Shown here: in pieces, positions 50,601-54,468 of the stretch
How positions within the stretch are numbered: the stretch's first letter is position 1
Layout of the letters: every line of letters starts with the position of its first letter
IMG/VR virus record: IMGVR_UViG_3300037882_002064
Span: 1,423-65,422 of that record
Direction: 5' to 3' (one strand)
DNA from: a virus
Lineage: Duplodnaviria; Caudoviricetes
Length of the DNA: 64,000 bases
Position numbers and translations under genes: made by a program
The notes under the pieces: model-generated
Database searches by the model: none
The model's input: the letters and a program-made list of their open reading frames with translations, nothing else
Told to the model about the DNA's origin: nothing

Positions 50601-51200
50601 GATCTGAAGCCGGCACACACCTACGATGCGCGCCTGCCCAAGCCAGAGTACCTGATGCACTGGTCAACGTCCCGAGAGGCCAGCCAGTTCATTACCAAGT
50701 GGCTGAATGATGTTTCCGGGGGGAATGAGGTGCGCCCAGGCCTTGTGGACTGGTCGCCGGAATGGGTGGATCTGATCTATGACACCCTGACAGGTGGCAC
50801 CGGCAGGACTGCGGCCATGACCCTCGATGTGGCTCAGAAACTGGTTACGGGCGAGGAATTCCCGCCTGACAGTGTGCCCTTTGTTCGCAAGGTGACTGGT
50901 TTCAACAGCGAACACCAGATCAAGGGCCGGTACTACGAATGGAGCAAAGGCGTGGCGTATGCCAAGTCTGAGGCCAAATTCCTGAAAGGCGACGAGCTGA
51001 TCGCGGCGCAGAAGAACCCGGAGTACCAGTTAGTCGGAGCCTACACCGCTGCCGAGAAGCAATTGACCGGGATGCGGAAGATTCGCCGGGAAATGGTGAA
51101 GAACGATGCCAAGCAGGAAAACATTGATGCGCTCGATGCCCGGATCAGGATCGTCATGGCCCGGTTCAATCAGCAGTACGCGGAAAAGGTGCTTCAGTGA
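29670..51200 (+). CDS. Giant polyvalent (DarB-like) virion protein, 7176 aa: ddrB/ParB-like, C5-MTase-like, InPase, LPD5/LPD1, N6-MTase, strawberry-notch-like SF2 helicase, zincin peptidase, ADP-ribosyltransferase-like, LPD38
   Basis: Uninterrupted 21.5-kb ORF. Motifs: LQNRDR/AGNGR (31.5-32.0 kb), FDLTG/PC/ENP (34605-34943), GNYKKGH/DGDHIDVF/FDEHK (35.5-35.7 kb), DFGEKLGG (37.2 kb), HEWFH (38352), LEPTAGNG/NPPF (39612/39789), DQTGVGKG/DESH/QMLGRINRTGQ (40881/41256/42465), HEAIGH (44445), YHGT (44943), EEIQSDW (46335), TVNFNRKG/FFNASVQG/KIPLPWG (50.1-50.4 kb). Confidence 0.92.
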   Translation: MADRPGVKWSDITNLDSFKNDTPEGQEKTRTGFFEQRVAPNLAPDRVEIERKNWDSATLPRPAAPAPGVAAQSQNTNLADPKALARPTTVNQATPQGQQAPAIQRPKGEAGFVSGVADFGRAVVKGAVEDVPKAIAGGIEAFNRPQFDEQGRKLAPNALGRATDAIKTKAEELGAGWQQSEYGKFEQEKDAFDLRGAAYGGGESMAMSFGPALVGGILGGLLTKSAAGAAKGAAIAQAATLPVFFGSAYQDTYSRVYKDLGEQYPDLTEEQVHDQAVKAALGTGSVEAGGEAIADVATNALFKNAPGFVKKNVAKALTRGFQGAVPLLKGIGRVLGTEVGTELLQGAAQAEIEQSVGVGEGATWENQKGVIVPTMIMAMVGGGAAAGVSANQRYRTAKLLQNPKMPPEERQAAVNGLAGMLNEYDPEVARMFHEHSSKLIAQGKPVIVQDDRFYSDLKPLDQREIDKDMAAGNFTEKPAEPETGANTPPNAPISPSATGAAQPGEPITTPPPTGTVAQSEIKNPVSATPATGAAPEGMSRPRRQILMAEIDAGLKVARAELKAAQAAGDFEAATAAEEEIRAIAVNIKRVTKGENPLPTPRQQAQGQTTPTNWASGAAQEGQPKTVLQNRDRSTPAMIEQMTSIAANPDPKRLGFSRDFGNGAPVIEPGALIPDENMGKTDTATTAEGRQIPVQYAVVEAEQLLPSNRADGTPIAEYAGEGVEGLSRAIAGNGRIAGLQRAHESGTAAGYIEGIANDEGLHGVPAATIRAMKQPVLVRIMPQEEVTDNIGDDSNIATSAALPPGDQARTDIRRIDATGVELNAKGEPTPNALMQFVNAMPGSERSGLMTGDRPSTVAETRLKNAIFAQAYESDELIKMSSEAPSPDSANVIGGMRIAAGKMARLAGVDPGYDIRPIVIEAAEAAVNAARSDLTLEEFLKQPDMGRTPYAQAILEMMATNIRSAKKIGDALSNLADVMYDEATKETDSLFGQVDKTPANELLEKLYGKQPTGKNEGDAVQTGRPDNVEGGDGGGIVAPVTEGAGKPTDAGKPKPNSAPKPKPKGDTQEGTAAPKPDRAQELRDKIKAKLEEERKKNEPATPEPTPEPAAAPRSPDYGSTNTLVSAERAEELRKKLRAKLNGSQLNAGIDPEMLAIGTELAVFHIEAGTRKFTAFAKAMANDLGATLAQLKPYLRSWYNGARDMMEDSGLNVEGMDSPEQVSKQISVMGSPNAAEFELPIETEAELSARLKAEKDRADQDAKAQAKQDKEAADAKQAEDDKKRADETSKDFQLGQDAEQQMSGQANIFDIPPGQNPDLVKKMNAQREKLAKLRDLFASRDQDLAKIQLAKIDAVLAGLDRAIETGKDLNDLPTDEAFESLINQMTKKALKMRSQTDADKMAAEIADKVKAKDERLKTEGDMAKPFTDVFSIPGVDKMSAGKPAKWWIEIANSGIDWAPAVAYAEKARKALNERGVYDSSQASRVMAVPEAELMPMGRVSGTIERLARDLASFIREDGRQDADSRLELIKSNSAILGVDPSPVIDPTEAKEPVKSNAPEHRAVGVDDRELGQIVKEFNSAQAQGQEIHHLFDAPAKKEIVRLADKVKVYHAEHGWMKPADAKKKIEEWKANAKAQGKRGGGRVENSQKVVLSFFDLTGKWSQPWEEAGYQVWRFDIQNDEEMGDVNNFSAEFFGDWFGDFDGNDVYAILAACPCTDFASSGARHFAAKDEDGRTVASVKLVHQTLAAIEYFKPSVWAIENPVGRIESLGGLPPWRLAFDPNHLGETYTKKTLIWGRFNADLPIAPVDPVEASKMHSQYGGSSIATKNARSATPEGFSYGFFAANNAIDNPVMALANKFDRLDRDLIGRALSVGVTEEEITSAVEDFYYMDLDDDAANAAIQELIDDTGPAAAIDAAAHEAATSPNNDLPQPTDAQKEAGNYKKGHISVQGIDITVENPKGSERTGTDEDGTAWSHTMQSHYGYIKRTEGADGDHIDVFVGQNPESDQVYVVDQVNGKGAFDEHKVMLGFDTEKEAIAAYKENYDPKWTVGPVSTMSMDVFKGWLEDADLTKPISPSGIRVLKADKAFQENQKKNELAIYEQPGMTLRHEGKSYPVDSLADAATKYRAVIDRLAGEGAGGASQMGASPTIHDASGKQIARISYNGRIWDMNDKELPGPYARDVKVEQITADDVSDEQALADALKDNDDQSIEEMHEWISAAYGEDKIPALLAHHINLAIAAGVPEFKIALEINRLPPGKKDDFAVMTAIMRLKNEYKKEEETNEPTSEPGSDTETGQTGQKTGGRTKPTRKSASYTFTREDQRIVRRRPNKKPWVNKNSAKQALRELGLEKTHRVNGYSNSGPFGREWWIEPKYSAFKFPYTQDQYRNAKDAKTEDYPYVIEPRWDSMSATARGNLENELRRGLRQWDARFTKAEGVLRFGSEDQRQFFIDNAMNQANPFSMLYTKSILQEGQKKAEVTEPATDDKKTRAQELRAKIKQGLKEAGGGKEALTDFGEKLGGSRADKAAARKAKLMALASMDENEIQTKSLSDLWPKDAYMQIEDDFISAFNYVARKSVPKKPRKSWKLRQWAKDIQSAAALSDLLAEAAESGGYEQFRERMLANDETAAMLHEVDLLTNLPRKDWERIGVAYFRYDAYTYKRDENGDVEKIPKPYAGMYIDGKYHEFKETKDVVADHLPRIQELLGVEVTPKSKKKELTRYDFEVRGRAGKWNIYRKGDSEYRKLLPEDWTDSKELQAWKVDNIPALVEAWEKIKERDNVGKGDMRRDSNKPRTGKDHRGGKDIDAKDFHETFGFRGGEFGKWVKQGTGAKDRQGLLNQSFDALMDLADILGVPPMALSLNGSLGIGLGSRGSGKASAHFEPDFIVINLTKTKGAGSLAHEWFHAADNYFARARGEQGQYITKNPMSREVGKAGVREEVERAFQNLRNVLNQSPMYARAKKIDKNKPDGYWSRIIERAARSFEVYIIEKMAQGGYDNDFLANVRSIAEWTKAPDRYPYPKRIEVRPPQASELPDEMAPITEAFDTLFETIEVKDTVLGKDEFGKDRLGKAMFRAEDDFGSIKDVPGLFMVQGDGAKIDPEMLAMGAELAMIHMEGGGKPFPEFVQLMAEDLGVTVDQIKPYLRGWYNGARDMMEDSGLEVAGMDDSNAVREAMKNLGQPQAEKPAPAETAETAEKPAAKDVRDYLFDNLAEITDNRKLKSLMATFHGTPAADVTEQQMKEAQEAVEVALVKQARDTIAKGRKHGLSEKAIYDRLVDQYNAQPNLNMRSSTSMENQAYSTPSPLAFIASRYAGINAQSKVLEPTAGNGMLLIEATPGNVIANELNNDRADNLKFQGYKVTQHDASKVQLPAQSVDAFVTNPPFGRLRDENGNNYDEKVDGYTIKSIDQLIVAKQLDAMKDSGGKAAIIIGADKVAGEISPSDRVFFNWLYGHYNVVDHFEVAGELYQRQGAGWPVRVIIVEGRQKSSTKSPISGSIERLDNWNQIYDRYAESLGATNPRPDTGSGIGTEPVTRPNTGTGQPQVTGGEQTGTPNGSGGRPGGGSGNTGGSARPVSGGNGSGNKPGTGNGDDGRYQPVTTGEPGGVGLEGIEQPEALPLGTGSDTGSQQPVIEQPDGQPGAQPTVKAPRVAGPQEDGSSFQTPYPGRSKSPNESALVPNNMAKAIGTALETIEEAVGKSLDEYVMEKLQYDTIEEMSEVLMGLQIDAIAATIYNFENKGKGIIIADQTGVGKGRQAAAIIRYAKIIGKTPIFATVADNLYSDMWDDLHEIGETNIRPLVINNNVPIKSESFKGQKALKPAERRKALDTILKTGSLPANHDMLFMTYHQIKTDNEQRKVIDALKHNAIFVLDESHNVSGPRSVDKKVNGKKVTRVTGAGFMFEQIADAPVLYLSATYAKRADNMAIYYRTDLMDAVDSPEDLIAAVAAGGVPVQQIMSNMLTESGQLFRREKSFEGISIPTVIDTANREKHVKTSDAVNVGLQSILEADRMFNDVFFPIYLKEQEKKGGSAFMGGNKLNQNITHTGFNSVVHNKVRQMLLALKTATAVDRAIQAHKDGKKPVIALESTFGSFLSSYVKQHDLKAGDPVDIDYRDILREALTGSRRITVEDEFGEKQYIQIQMHELDPATRLMYQNAEKAITALDIADLPISPIDYMINGMEKAGIKVKEITGRELRLDYSGGGVPTLVKVPSNESSKKRAKVDDFNRGDLDALILNVSGSTGLSIHASKKDTVKDKKPRKMIVAQAMQDINILIQMLGRINRTGQVVLPEYEMLTADLPAEKRPAAVVARKMASLNANTSSNDESDTTIKAPDMMNKYGDQIVNSYLQENLDLAWLLHITPSTGDGAAAIDLALKATGRLAVLPVAVQEAVYEELERAYADEIEYLNATGQNDLIAQTVDLDARIKDSRIIYQGKAPDTIFGGNTTLHKIDAKYQGKPPTARDVEHALDKSRGETSTGILDKKNADKSYEKQLEQRFLDAQADLVKHNEMSDQVKTDELDAYAIKGAKLAERLDAARGAANAYVESKRLATNEIEKFTVGKQFRLDLSDEIVIGVVVSVKDSHADGKGNPWSLSKTRITFMVNSGIRQVELPLSKLQSEGKILIEKLRGFGKDGLDQIFTPHDTARREQRHVATGNLISGMANLDGGRIVNFTDNKGETYQGILMPRKFGRNGEYETAGGQNTIPVRDPAVVKKLLRDGGSALSGAGGVFSGNQAVRLIHNQGQWVVQVPKSNKDAIAKSVKFDEAIRKIVGDFYGSGNVMTAKNNITVADARLDALVDRLMELTPLYVMKSMEAQAIKAGNPPPSTATNTFDKDKKGPAAPPSGAFRADEAPRSGARVTRDGLERLVKSMGAQWQIPMTVMDSVKQLPSHVRGLLRDQGITGEVTGYYDRDNQHVYLIANGISSYQSGAVTLLHEAIGHLGIERVMGEDLDQFLKSVHDARNSDPAIAAAWAYAERNYPKASKAVKASETIARLSESDPKHTIVQRAIQIVRQILRKLGFTVQFSNNDIIEAFRRAKLALQEGQQYAGQGERGGLFRIKDDNGAGSPIWRAAKNKGLDLSKDARLARARDMGFDTDTVWYHGTTDNIAAFEDNPSRSFGIHVGTKLQANNRLLDRARHDRAHTGSTVPITRSQVAAPQDGANVIPVYIAAKKLLKLHDVGPWHHGPTVADAVLKSQFAPESLREAAKKIKEELAEAGKAMAKGKELDAKGMPTAAYKKLRGTHGMLTEMAAGRLRDAMIAAGYDGIQYGNRFEGKKQGTVGADSIIVFDPAKVRSINAVFDPEAARSSSILFRVEDADEFKLTSSLAPEFYSELTAAARQLKQEKGTPEQMLNAIKKMGGVKAEELEWSGLEEYMAGISGTITKQEIVDYLDANGVQVVTISKETPEAWVSRANAVLAGTGYTAEMDDYDNENVVFMDRDDESWEMGDLPPELQTKLDAIVPKGAAGSVKFSEHVLPGGTNYREVLLTLPAKPQRNSVEWATEARRRYAEKDITRLSEDQKKIIDRAVGGVSYNKSHWEEPNVIAHVRMNDRTDPEGNRVLFLEEIQSDWHQAGRKEGYLGTPTGNTLWDEADAAEEATRPDAIDEIESYGRLGFDRLPMAMGAILDHEDWAERWDVKERIAIEAINRWRTAKLAQVEASKDRAIFEARVPNAPFKNNGWVELAVKKILRLAAEGGYDRVAWTTGEQQNTRYNLSTQVKSIEWSWDQDRDKGYPDRKTIWIEPAGRDFNNTRIVVDDKGVVLRSNDEGGMDGYYDGKRLDAIVGKGMADKILENANGNLEGDGLNIGGEGMKGFYDNIVPSTFKKVARKLDKSAKIEVTPIGDIQTNINGSVQIDNFRKAQSLVTALRARGISAARANTDSLPGDEEGAVIMRFYNLTSNEVEDVWNLVELDFGWRYNAEPEREIMGGQMSIALTPTMQDLAISKGFGLFRVEDENKNPGTHNGKPFWIGMYNPLDGWIEEAHTYEEAQANDFHHSFTFSQTALDHEKAGDWRIFWINRDNEIEVEWRDPRPEAARTLAQLRQNAGLNTSGAFRVEGEEAAEAGGLTAAEIKAWRQAHKVTQRQGRVPEIQQAAKDLKAGNLKPAAYRALVKKYQPIMPIRTVPRLTTVREIAAAVATDKVQKHGILGYNKDIAAGTRVATRLDIPAYDFYDTWVVTIHDGSKRGGNAMAYGDHAAMKNVEFVTNPKAALDIATGDSSKAPFARIHGDWVPMSGEQAHGMAERALTAPGWTQVGMNPFRHSYFYDKATGEPVVSAEQVIQIGPLVMARNVVKGDPDSFKVGNTGVAFRVEDELDTDDWGVAPRKPWRAVLRDMIDRQRFQYQDKLIDLKRIQENADPADSANAYQKASIWEGKAGERLNDFDEQRIQPLLQAISDSGVEWDTVGKWLVARHAHEANAYLAEINPDMEGEDRYRLSGMSNEEADEILAENANHRGLYLVGDLVDQINKERVDLLIADGLISEGEAAAWRGRYQFYVPLKREEAEDANHLPGRGQGFNIKGKESKMRTGSAHWTPGKIVANVIAQHQASIIRAEKNKVGQALLSFVRQHPDPTFWTIDTERKIKVVRNGKVVTVTKGVDEPHELSVKINGVRHFIAFNTGNERAMRLVTGMKNLQAAEMGTVMRAMATATRYLSTINTSWNPEFIISNFARDVQTAAYNLSDTEIVSMRGKVLKDIPRAIGGIKRALFNGGEALDPEDEWVQLWEDFRKHGGRTGWIDIHADVLKQETNLKEMVERLDQGRPSRKWFTRFLKSVDSMNTVIENGVRLAAYANAIKPVSEGGGGLSKDKAAAMAKDLTVNFNRKGNRGAQVNALYMFFNASVQGNMRLIQAMVNSKQGRTLALATVGLAIGLDILNRAMSGDDDDDENIYDSMPDFVKDHNLIIMGEKAPIVKIPLPWGYNVLHIIGQSIGQAISGERFSPLDAASRVALGLMNSFNPIGGGTLAQTISPTIIDPITMIAENKNFMGTDLKPAHTYDARLPKPEYLMHWSTSREASQFITKWLNDVSGGNEVRPGLVDWSPEWVDLIYDTLTGGTGRTAAMTLDVAQKLVTGEEFPPDSVPFVRKVTGFNSEHQIKGRYYEWSKGVAYAKSEAKFLKGDELIAAQKNPEYQLVGAYTAAEKQLTGMRKIRREMVKNDAKQENIDALDARIRIVMARFNQQYAEKVLQ
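39211..39237 (+). repeat. 9-bp tandem repeat x3 in a linker of the giant protein
   Basis: CTGCGGAAA x3, encoding AET-AET-AEK. Confidence 0.9.
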
Positions 51201-51337
51201 GGAAATGACCCGCCGATCCCGCAGCCCGCGGCGGCCAGTATAATGGCCACTACGACATAGCCCGGTTGTTTGGCGAACAGCCAGGCCATGCCACTAAGGG
51301 AGGCCAGGTACACAACGGCGAGCAATGCAAGAGAGAT
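51194..51337 (-). CDS. Small 2-TM membrane protein (about 47 aa; ATC start, or TTG at 51325)
   Basis: (I/M)SLALLAVVYLASLSGMAWLFAKQPGYVVVAIILAAAGCGIGGSFPH; AAGGA 7 nt before the ATC; overlaps the giant gene stop. Confidence 0.4.
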   Translation of the reverse strand: MSLALLAVVYLASLSGMAWLFAKQPGYVVVAIILAAAGCGIGGSFPH

Positions 51338-51353
51338 CGGCTATTCCTTTAGT

Positions 51354-51445
51354 TGGTCGAAGGGGGTGGATTGGCTACCACCGCAAGCGGGCGTTCCCTC
51401 CCGCACCAGGGTATCGAACCCCTGCTCTAATTGAGCTACCCTTCG
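51354..51445 (-). tRNA. Atypical tRNA-like element (class II-like; possible CGA/Ser anticodon; may be a pseudo-tRNA)
   Basis: CGAAGGG-TA-GCTC-AATTA-GAGC-A-GGGG-TTCGATA-CCCT-[variable arm GCGGG/CCCGC]-GGTGG-TAGCCAAT-CCACC-CCCTTCG-A-CCA. Perfect acceptor, D and T stems and encoded CCA, but non-canonical loops. Confidence 0.7.
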
Positions 51446-51696
51446 TTTTTATCGAATGGCATAAGAGTCTGCCAAGGATCATCGATCAGCGCATTATGAT
51501 CTTCCTCTAACGCCCTGTCCATGCGGATCACAAGGATCGCCAAGTAGGTCTGCATTGCAGATAGCTGGATACCCAGCAGGCCTCGATCCAGCTCGGTTAA
51601 GCCGGCCGCATTGTCTTTCAGGAAAAACGATAGCTGCCGGGTCTTTGCCTTCAGTTCATTATGTTCTTCGACCAATCGAATATGCCAATCACTCAT
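51436..51696 (-). CDS. crAss001_48-like helical hairpin protein
   Basis: RLVEEHNEL..K...L..F...LL..QL.AM..YL.IL..R pattern. Confidence 0.7.
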   Translation of the reverse strand: MSDWHIRLVEEHNELKAKTRQLSFFLKDNAAGLTELDRGLLGIQLSAMQTYLAILVIRMDRALEEDHNALIDDPWQTLMPFDKNEG

Positions 51697-51714
51697 TTTG
51701 CCCCCCCCTCTGGT

Positions 51715-52653
51715 TTATGCCAATCTGTACCGCCGCCGTATATGCTCGCTCTTGCATTTTTTATCACCGCACGTTGAGAGCTTTTTGTAATCGGATGGCG
51801 TCATGGATATTGCCTTATTGCAGACAGCGCAGTGCTTGGTAAGCCGCGTTTCTTTCCTGATCGCGCTGGCGCACGACCGACTACAGAATCTGGATGGCTT
51901 CTCAGGCCGCACTCGCGCCTGATAGATTTTACCACAATGATCGCACGGCTTCTCAAACGTCCCCTCTCCCGGCGCGAGCTGATTGGGCTTTTTCACTTGA
52001 GCCAGCAAATCATTAAATTCCACATCATCAGGATTGCGTCGAGCAAAACTGTAAATCTGTCCTGTGTGCCTTATTTGCTCGTAAAGAGTGGTTCCTTGCT
52101 CAATGGCGCTCTGGATCGCGGCAAGGTACACCGCCCGATATTTTTCGCCTACAGCGGCATCTTGCACTTTTTTCGCCAGCTTTATGTTGATGCGCGCAAA
52201 TGTCACTTGCTCTGCATTCAGCTCAGGCCTGTGAACCAGTGTTGATTTTGACTTGTGCATTGTTCCGTGCAGGTTGACGATATTTTCTTTTAGCAGTTTT
52301 CTAACGCCTTCCATCTTTGGGCTTTCCTGCCAAGTGCGCTCAGTAATCGCTTTCTTTCGCTCCTTCAAATCCTCGCCACACAAGCTCCTTGTCACAGGGA
52401 TATTAAAATCTATTTTGTACTGCTTGGGGCTAATGCTGTGCGCTATCGACAAGTGGTGTCCGAGACTTTTATATTCGCCACCGCAAATCAGACAGGCTAT
52501 TTTGTCGCCTGACAGATATAGCAACAGCTCTGCAACGGATTGTATAGGCCTGTATGAAATGGCCTTTTTGGGCGGCGGTTTCGGGCGGCTTCTTCTGGAA
52601 TGCGGTTTCCCGCTGCCACCATGATTCGGCTGGATTCTACTGCCCATTATCAA
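51715..52653 (-). CDS. MucR/Ros-type zinc-finger protein with extra C-terminal zinc ribbons
   Basis: IACLICGGEYKSLGHHLSIAHSISPKQYKIDFNIP; then CDHC...FCSRSC and CAVC...TCGDKKC. Confidence 0.75.
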   Translation of the reverse strand: MIMGSRIQPNHGGSGKPHSRRSRPKPPPKKAISYRPIQSVAELLLYLSGDKIACLICGGEYKSLGHHLSIAHSISPKQYKIDFNIPVTRSLCGEDLKERKKAITERTWQESPKMEGVRKLLKENIVNLHGTMHKSKSTLVHRPELNAEQVTFARINIKLAKKVQDAAVGEKYRAVYLAAIQSAIEQGTTLYEQIRHTGQIYSFARRNPDDVEFNDLLAQVKKPNQLAPGEGTFEKPCDHCGKIYQARVRPEKPSRFCSRSCASAIRKETRLTKHCAVCNKAISMTPSDYKKLSTCGDKKCKSEHIRRRYRLA

Positions 52654-53167
52654 GTTGCCTTTCCGTTGTGACTTCGTTGGCCTTGTTTGGTAATTTTGAG
52701 TAATGAATATGCGGAAAATTCAGGCAGTTTTTTTGCACCCTGTAAGCATCGCCGCGACCTCGATGGTTCTCCACTGGATAGGCTGCAATATCAACACCCC
52801 ACATCCAACCCTGAATGCGATAGTCGTTATACGCGCCAGTTACTAAATAATAAACCGATTCTGGCTTTAATTGGTCAACGGGTACAAACAGGTTCAAGTG
52901 ATGCTCTGGTGCCGACTTGGCTTCCACAATCTTACCCACATCAGAAGGCGCATTTTTGTCTGATTTTCCATGCCAATACTGATTAAGATATTTGGCAACA
53001 ACCCGCTCCGCGATAGCGCCTTCTATGTGTTGCTGCCACTTGTGTTCGGTTTCGCTGCCGCGAGGACACTTCAAATCGTCAAATATCACATTGCACACCC
53101 TGGCTGCGCCGCAACAGGCGGCCTCATACAGCTCGGCGTAGGTTAATCTCATTTGAAAGTAGCTCAT
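52637..53167 (-). CDS. PD-(D/E)xK-like hypothetical protein
   Basis: EGAIAE.VVAKYL...SDVG..VEAKS; start at the ATGA overlap 53167. Confidence 0.6.
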   Translation of the reverse strand: MSYFQMRLTYAELYEAACCGAARVCNVIFDDLKCPRGSETEHKWQQHIEGAIAERVVAKYLNQYWHGKSDKNAPSDVGKIVEAKSAPEHHLNLFVPVDQLKPESVYYLVTGAYNDYRIQGWMWGVDIAAYPVENHRGRGDAYRVQKNCLNFPHIHYSKLPNKANEVTTERQLDNGQ

Positions 53168-53598
53168 TGTTTGATATTTCCAGCTACCCATTGCCTCATG
53201 TACGACCACCGCCGCTCGGGAGTGGCGTCATAGTGGCAGCCCTCGTCATTCTCGAACATTATCTCGCGGGCCAGCGCGGGCGCGACATTGAACATATCGG
53301 CCAGTTCTTCGTCGTCGATGGCATCATCTTCAATATCCCAATCCTCTCCATCGAGACTTTGCAGCTTTGGCAGCGGCAGGCCCCTGGCCGCCCCCAGCGC
53401 GCCCAACGTGCAGTAGTCGCCGTCGACCTGTAGTTGGCCGGTAATCAGTCGCTTCACTGGCATCGCATCGAGCGCAGCCAGCAGATCCCGCAGCATAGCC
53501 TGGCCGCGAGCGCCCTTGGTCGCAGAGGCCACGGCTCCGCGCCACATAATCAGCCGCCAGTTATCGTCGCAGCAGTCTGAATAGCCGTGCCTGCTCAT
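53164..53598 (-). CDS. Conserved phage hypothetical protein
   Basis: MSRHGYSD...GARGQA.LRDLLAALDAMP.KRLI...CTLG...ENDE...TPERRW..MR.WV; ATGA overlaps at both ends. Confidence 0.75.
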   Translation of the reverse strand: MSRHGYSDCCDDNWRLIMWRGAVASATKGARGQAMLRDLLAALDAMPVKRLITGQLQVDGDYCTLGALGAARGLPLPKLQSLDGEDWDIEDDAIDDEELADMFNVAPALAREIMFENDEGCHYDATPERRWSYMRQWVAGNIKQ

Positions 53599-53780
53599 AT
53601 TACAAACCCCATTTTCCTCATGGCCACCCTACGACAAGCCTTCGAGCAATAAACGGTTGAGTGTTCATACTTTACGCGCCGGGCCTGCGAATCTGTGCCT
53701 TTGAATGTTTTCTCGCAACACCCGCACTTCAGGGCATCGCGGATCGCTATCAGCTCCTTTGTCATTGGTTTAGTTGCCAT
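53595..53780 (-). CDS. Small zinc-finger protein
   Basis: CGCC...YCSKAC; GGAGG RBS. Confidence 0.65.
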   Translation of the reverse strand: MATKPMTKELIAIRDALKCGCCEKTFKGTDSQARRVKYEHSTVYCSKACRRVAMRKMGFVI

Positions 53781-53994
53781 ATTCCCTCCCATAGTGGTAT
53801 TCCAGATCTTGTGGAATGCGCCTCTCTTTTTTTCTCAGGATAAATCTTCGGTAATCCATTGCCCTTGCCTCCCGAGCCACAATCTTATCTTTTAGCCGGC
53901 CGGCAGAACTACACTTTTGGCAAGGCGGCCTGATTGCGCGGAACATTAAGCAGCAGTCGCGGATCGTCCACAAAATATCATCGCTAGCGGCCAT
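53770..53994 (-). CDS. Hypothetical protein (74 aa)
   Basis: Start MAASDD overlaps the upstream gene end; basic, with CxxC. Confidence 0.5.
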   Translation of the reverse strand: MAASDDILWTIRDCCLMFRAIRPPCQKCSSAGRLKDKIVAREARAMDYRRFILRKKERRIPQDLEYHYGREYGN

Positions 53995-54202
53995 TTTTCT
54001 TCTTTGCCTTTTTAGCATCCACGCGAGCGTTATGCACAACCACATCAGGATCCCCCAGGGTGATTGCCACAGCCTCCAATGGAGTAGCCCCCAAATACCA
54101 TTCATGCCCTTCACTGGCATTGATCCACAGCGCCTTCACTCGCGGCCGGATCCTTTGCCAGAGAAAATAGCTATATTGTAATTTCCACCAAAATGCTTTC
54201 AT
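53984..54202 (-). CDS. Hypothetical protein
   Basis: AGGAG RBS; 72 aa. Confidence 0.6.
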   Translation of the reverse strand: MKAFWWKLQYSYFLWQRIRPRVKALWINASEGHEWYLGATPLEAVAITLGDPDVVVHNARVDAKKAKKKNGR

Positions 54203-54204
54203 GG

Positions 54205-54468
54205 TTACTCCTGCTCTTGTTTGCGAATGATTTCTGCCATGCTGTTAATTTCTCGAATCATAAACAAAGTGCCATGCGGATCGGTGGACGCCTGTATTAC
54301 TGACTGGGCGGCGCTCTCTAGCACCCAGTACCGGCGTAGCGCGTCCTTGATTTGATTCTTGTAAGCACTCGACTGAGCGTTGTGCAGCCGGGCAAGGTAA
54401 AAGTAATACCCTGCTGCCGAAGCTAGGGCGACAATAAACAGACCGACCAATAGATCTCTCTCGAACAT
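54205..54468 (-). CDS. Hypothetical single-TM protein
   Basis: AAGGAG RBS before MFERDLLVGLF; 87 aa. Confidence 0.6.
   Translation of the reverse strand: MFERDLLVGLFIVALASAAGYYFYLARLHNAQSSAYKNQIKDALRRYWVLESAAQSVIQASTDPHGTLFMIREINSMAEIIRKQEQE

Noticed and set aside
30864-50915. Long minus-strand ORFs inside the giant gene (e.g. 41541-43328, 47949-49166, 31052-32158)
   Set aside because: Antisense to a motif-rich coding frame; expected from codon bias in GC-rich DNA.
29670-51200. Giant ORF as an N4-like virion RNA polymerase
   Set aside because: No polymerase catalytic motifs recognised; the motifs match polyvalent-protein domains instead.
51354-51445. tRNA-like element as a host attB/attL prophage boundary
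   Set aside because: Phage genes flank both sides, no integrase nearby and no second copy of its 3' end seen.
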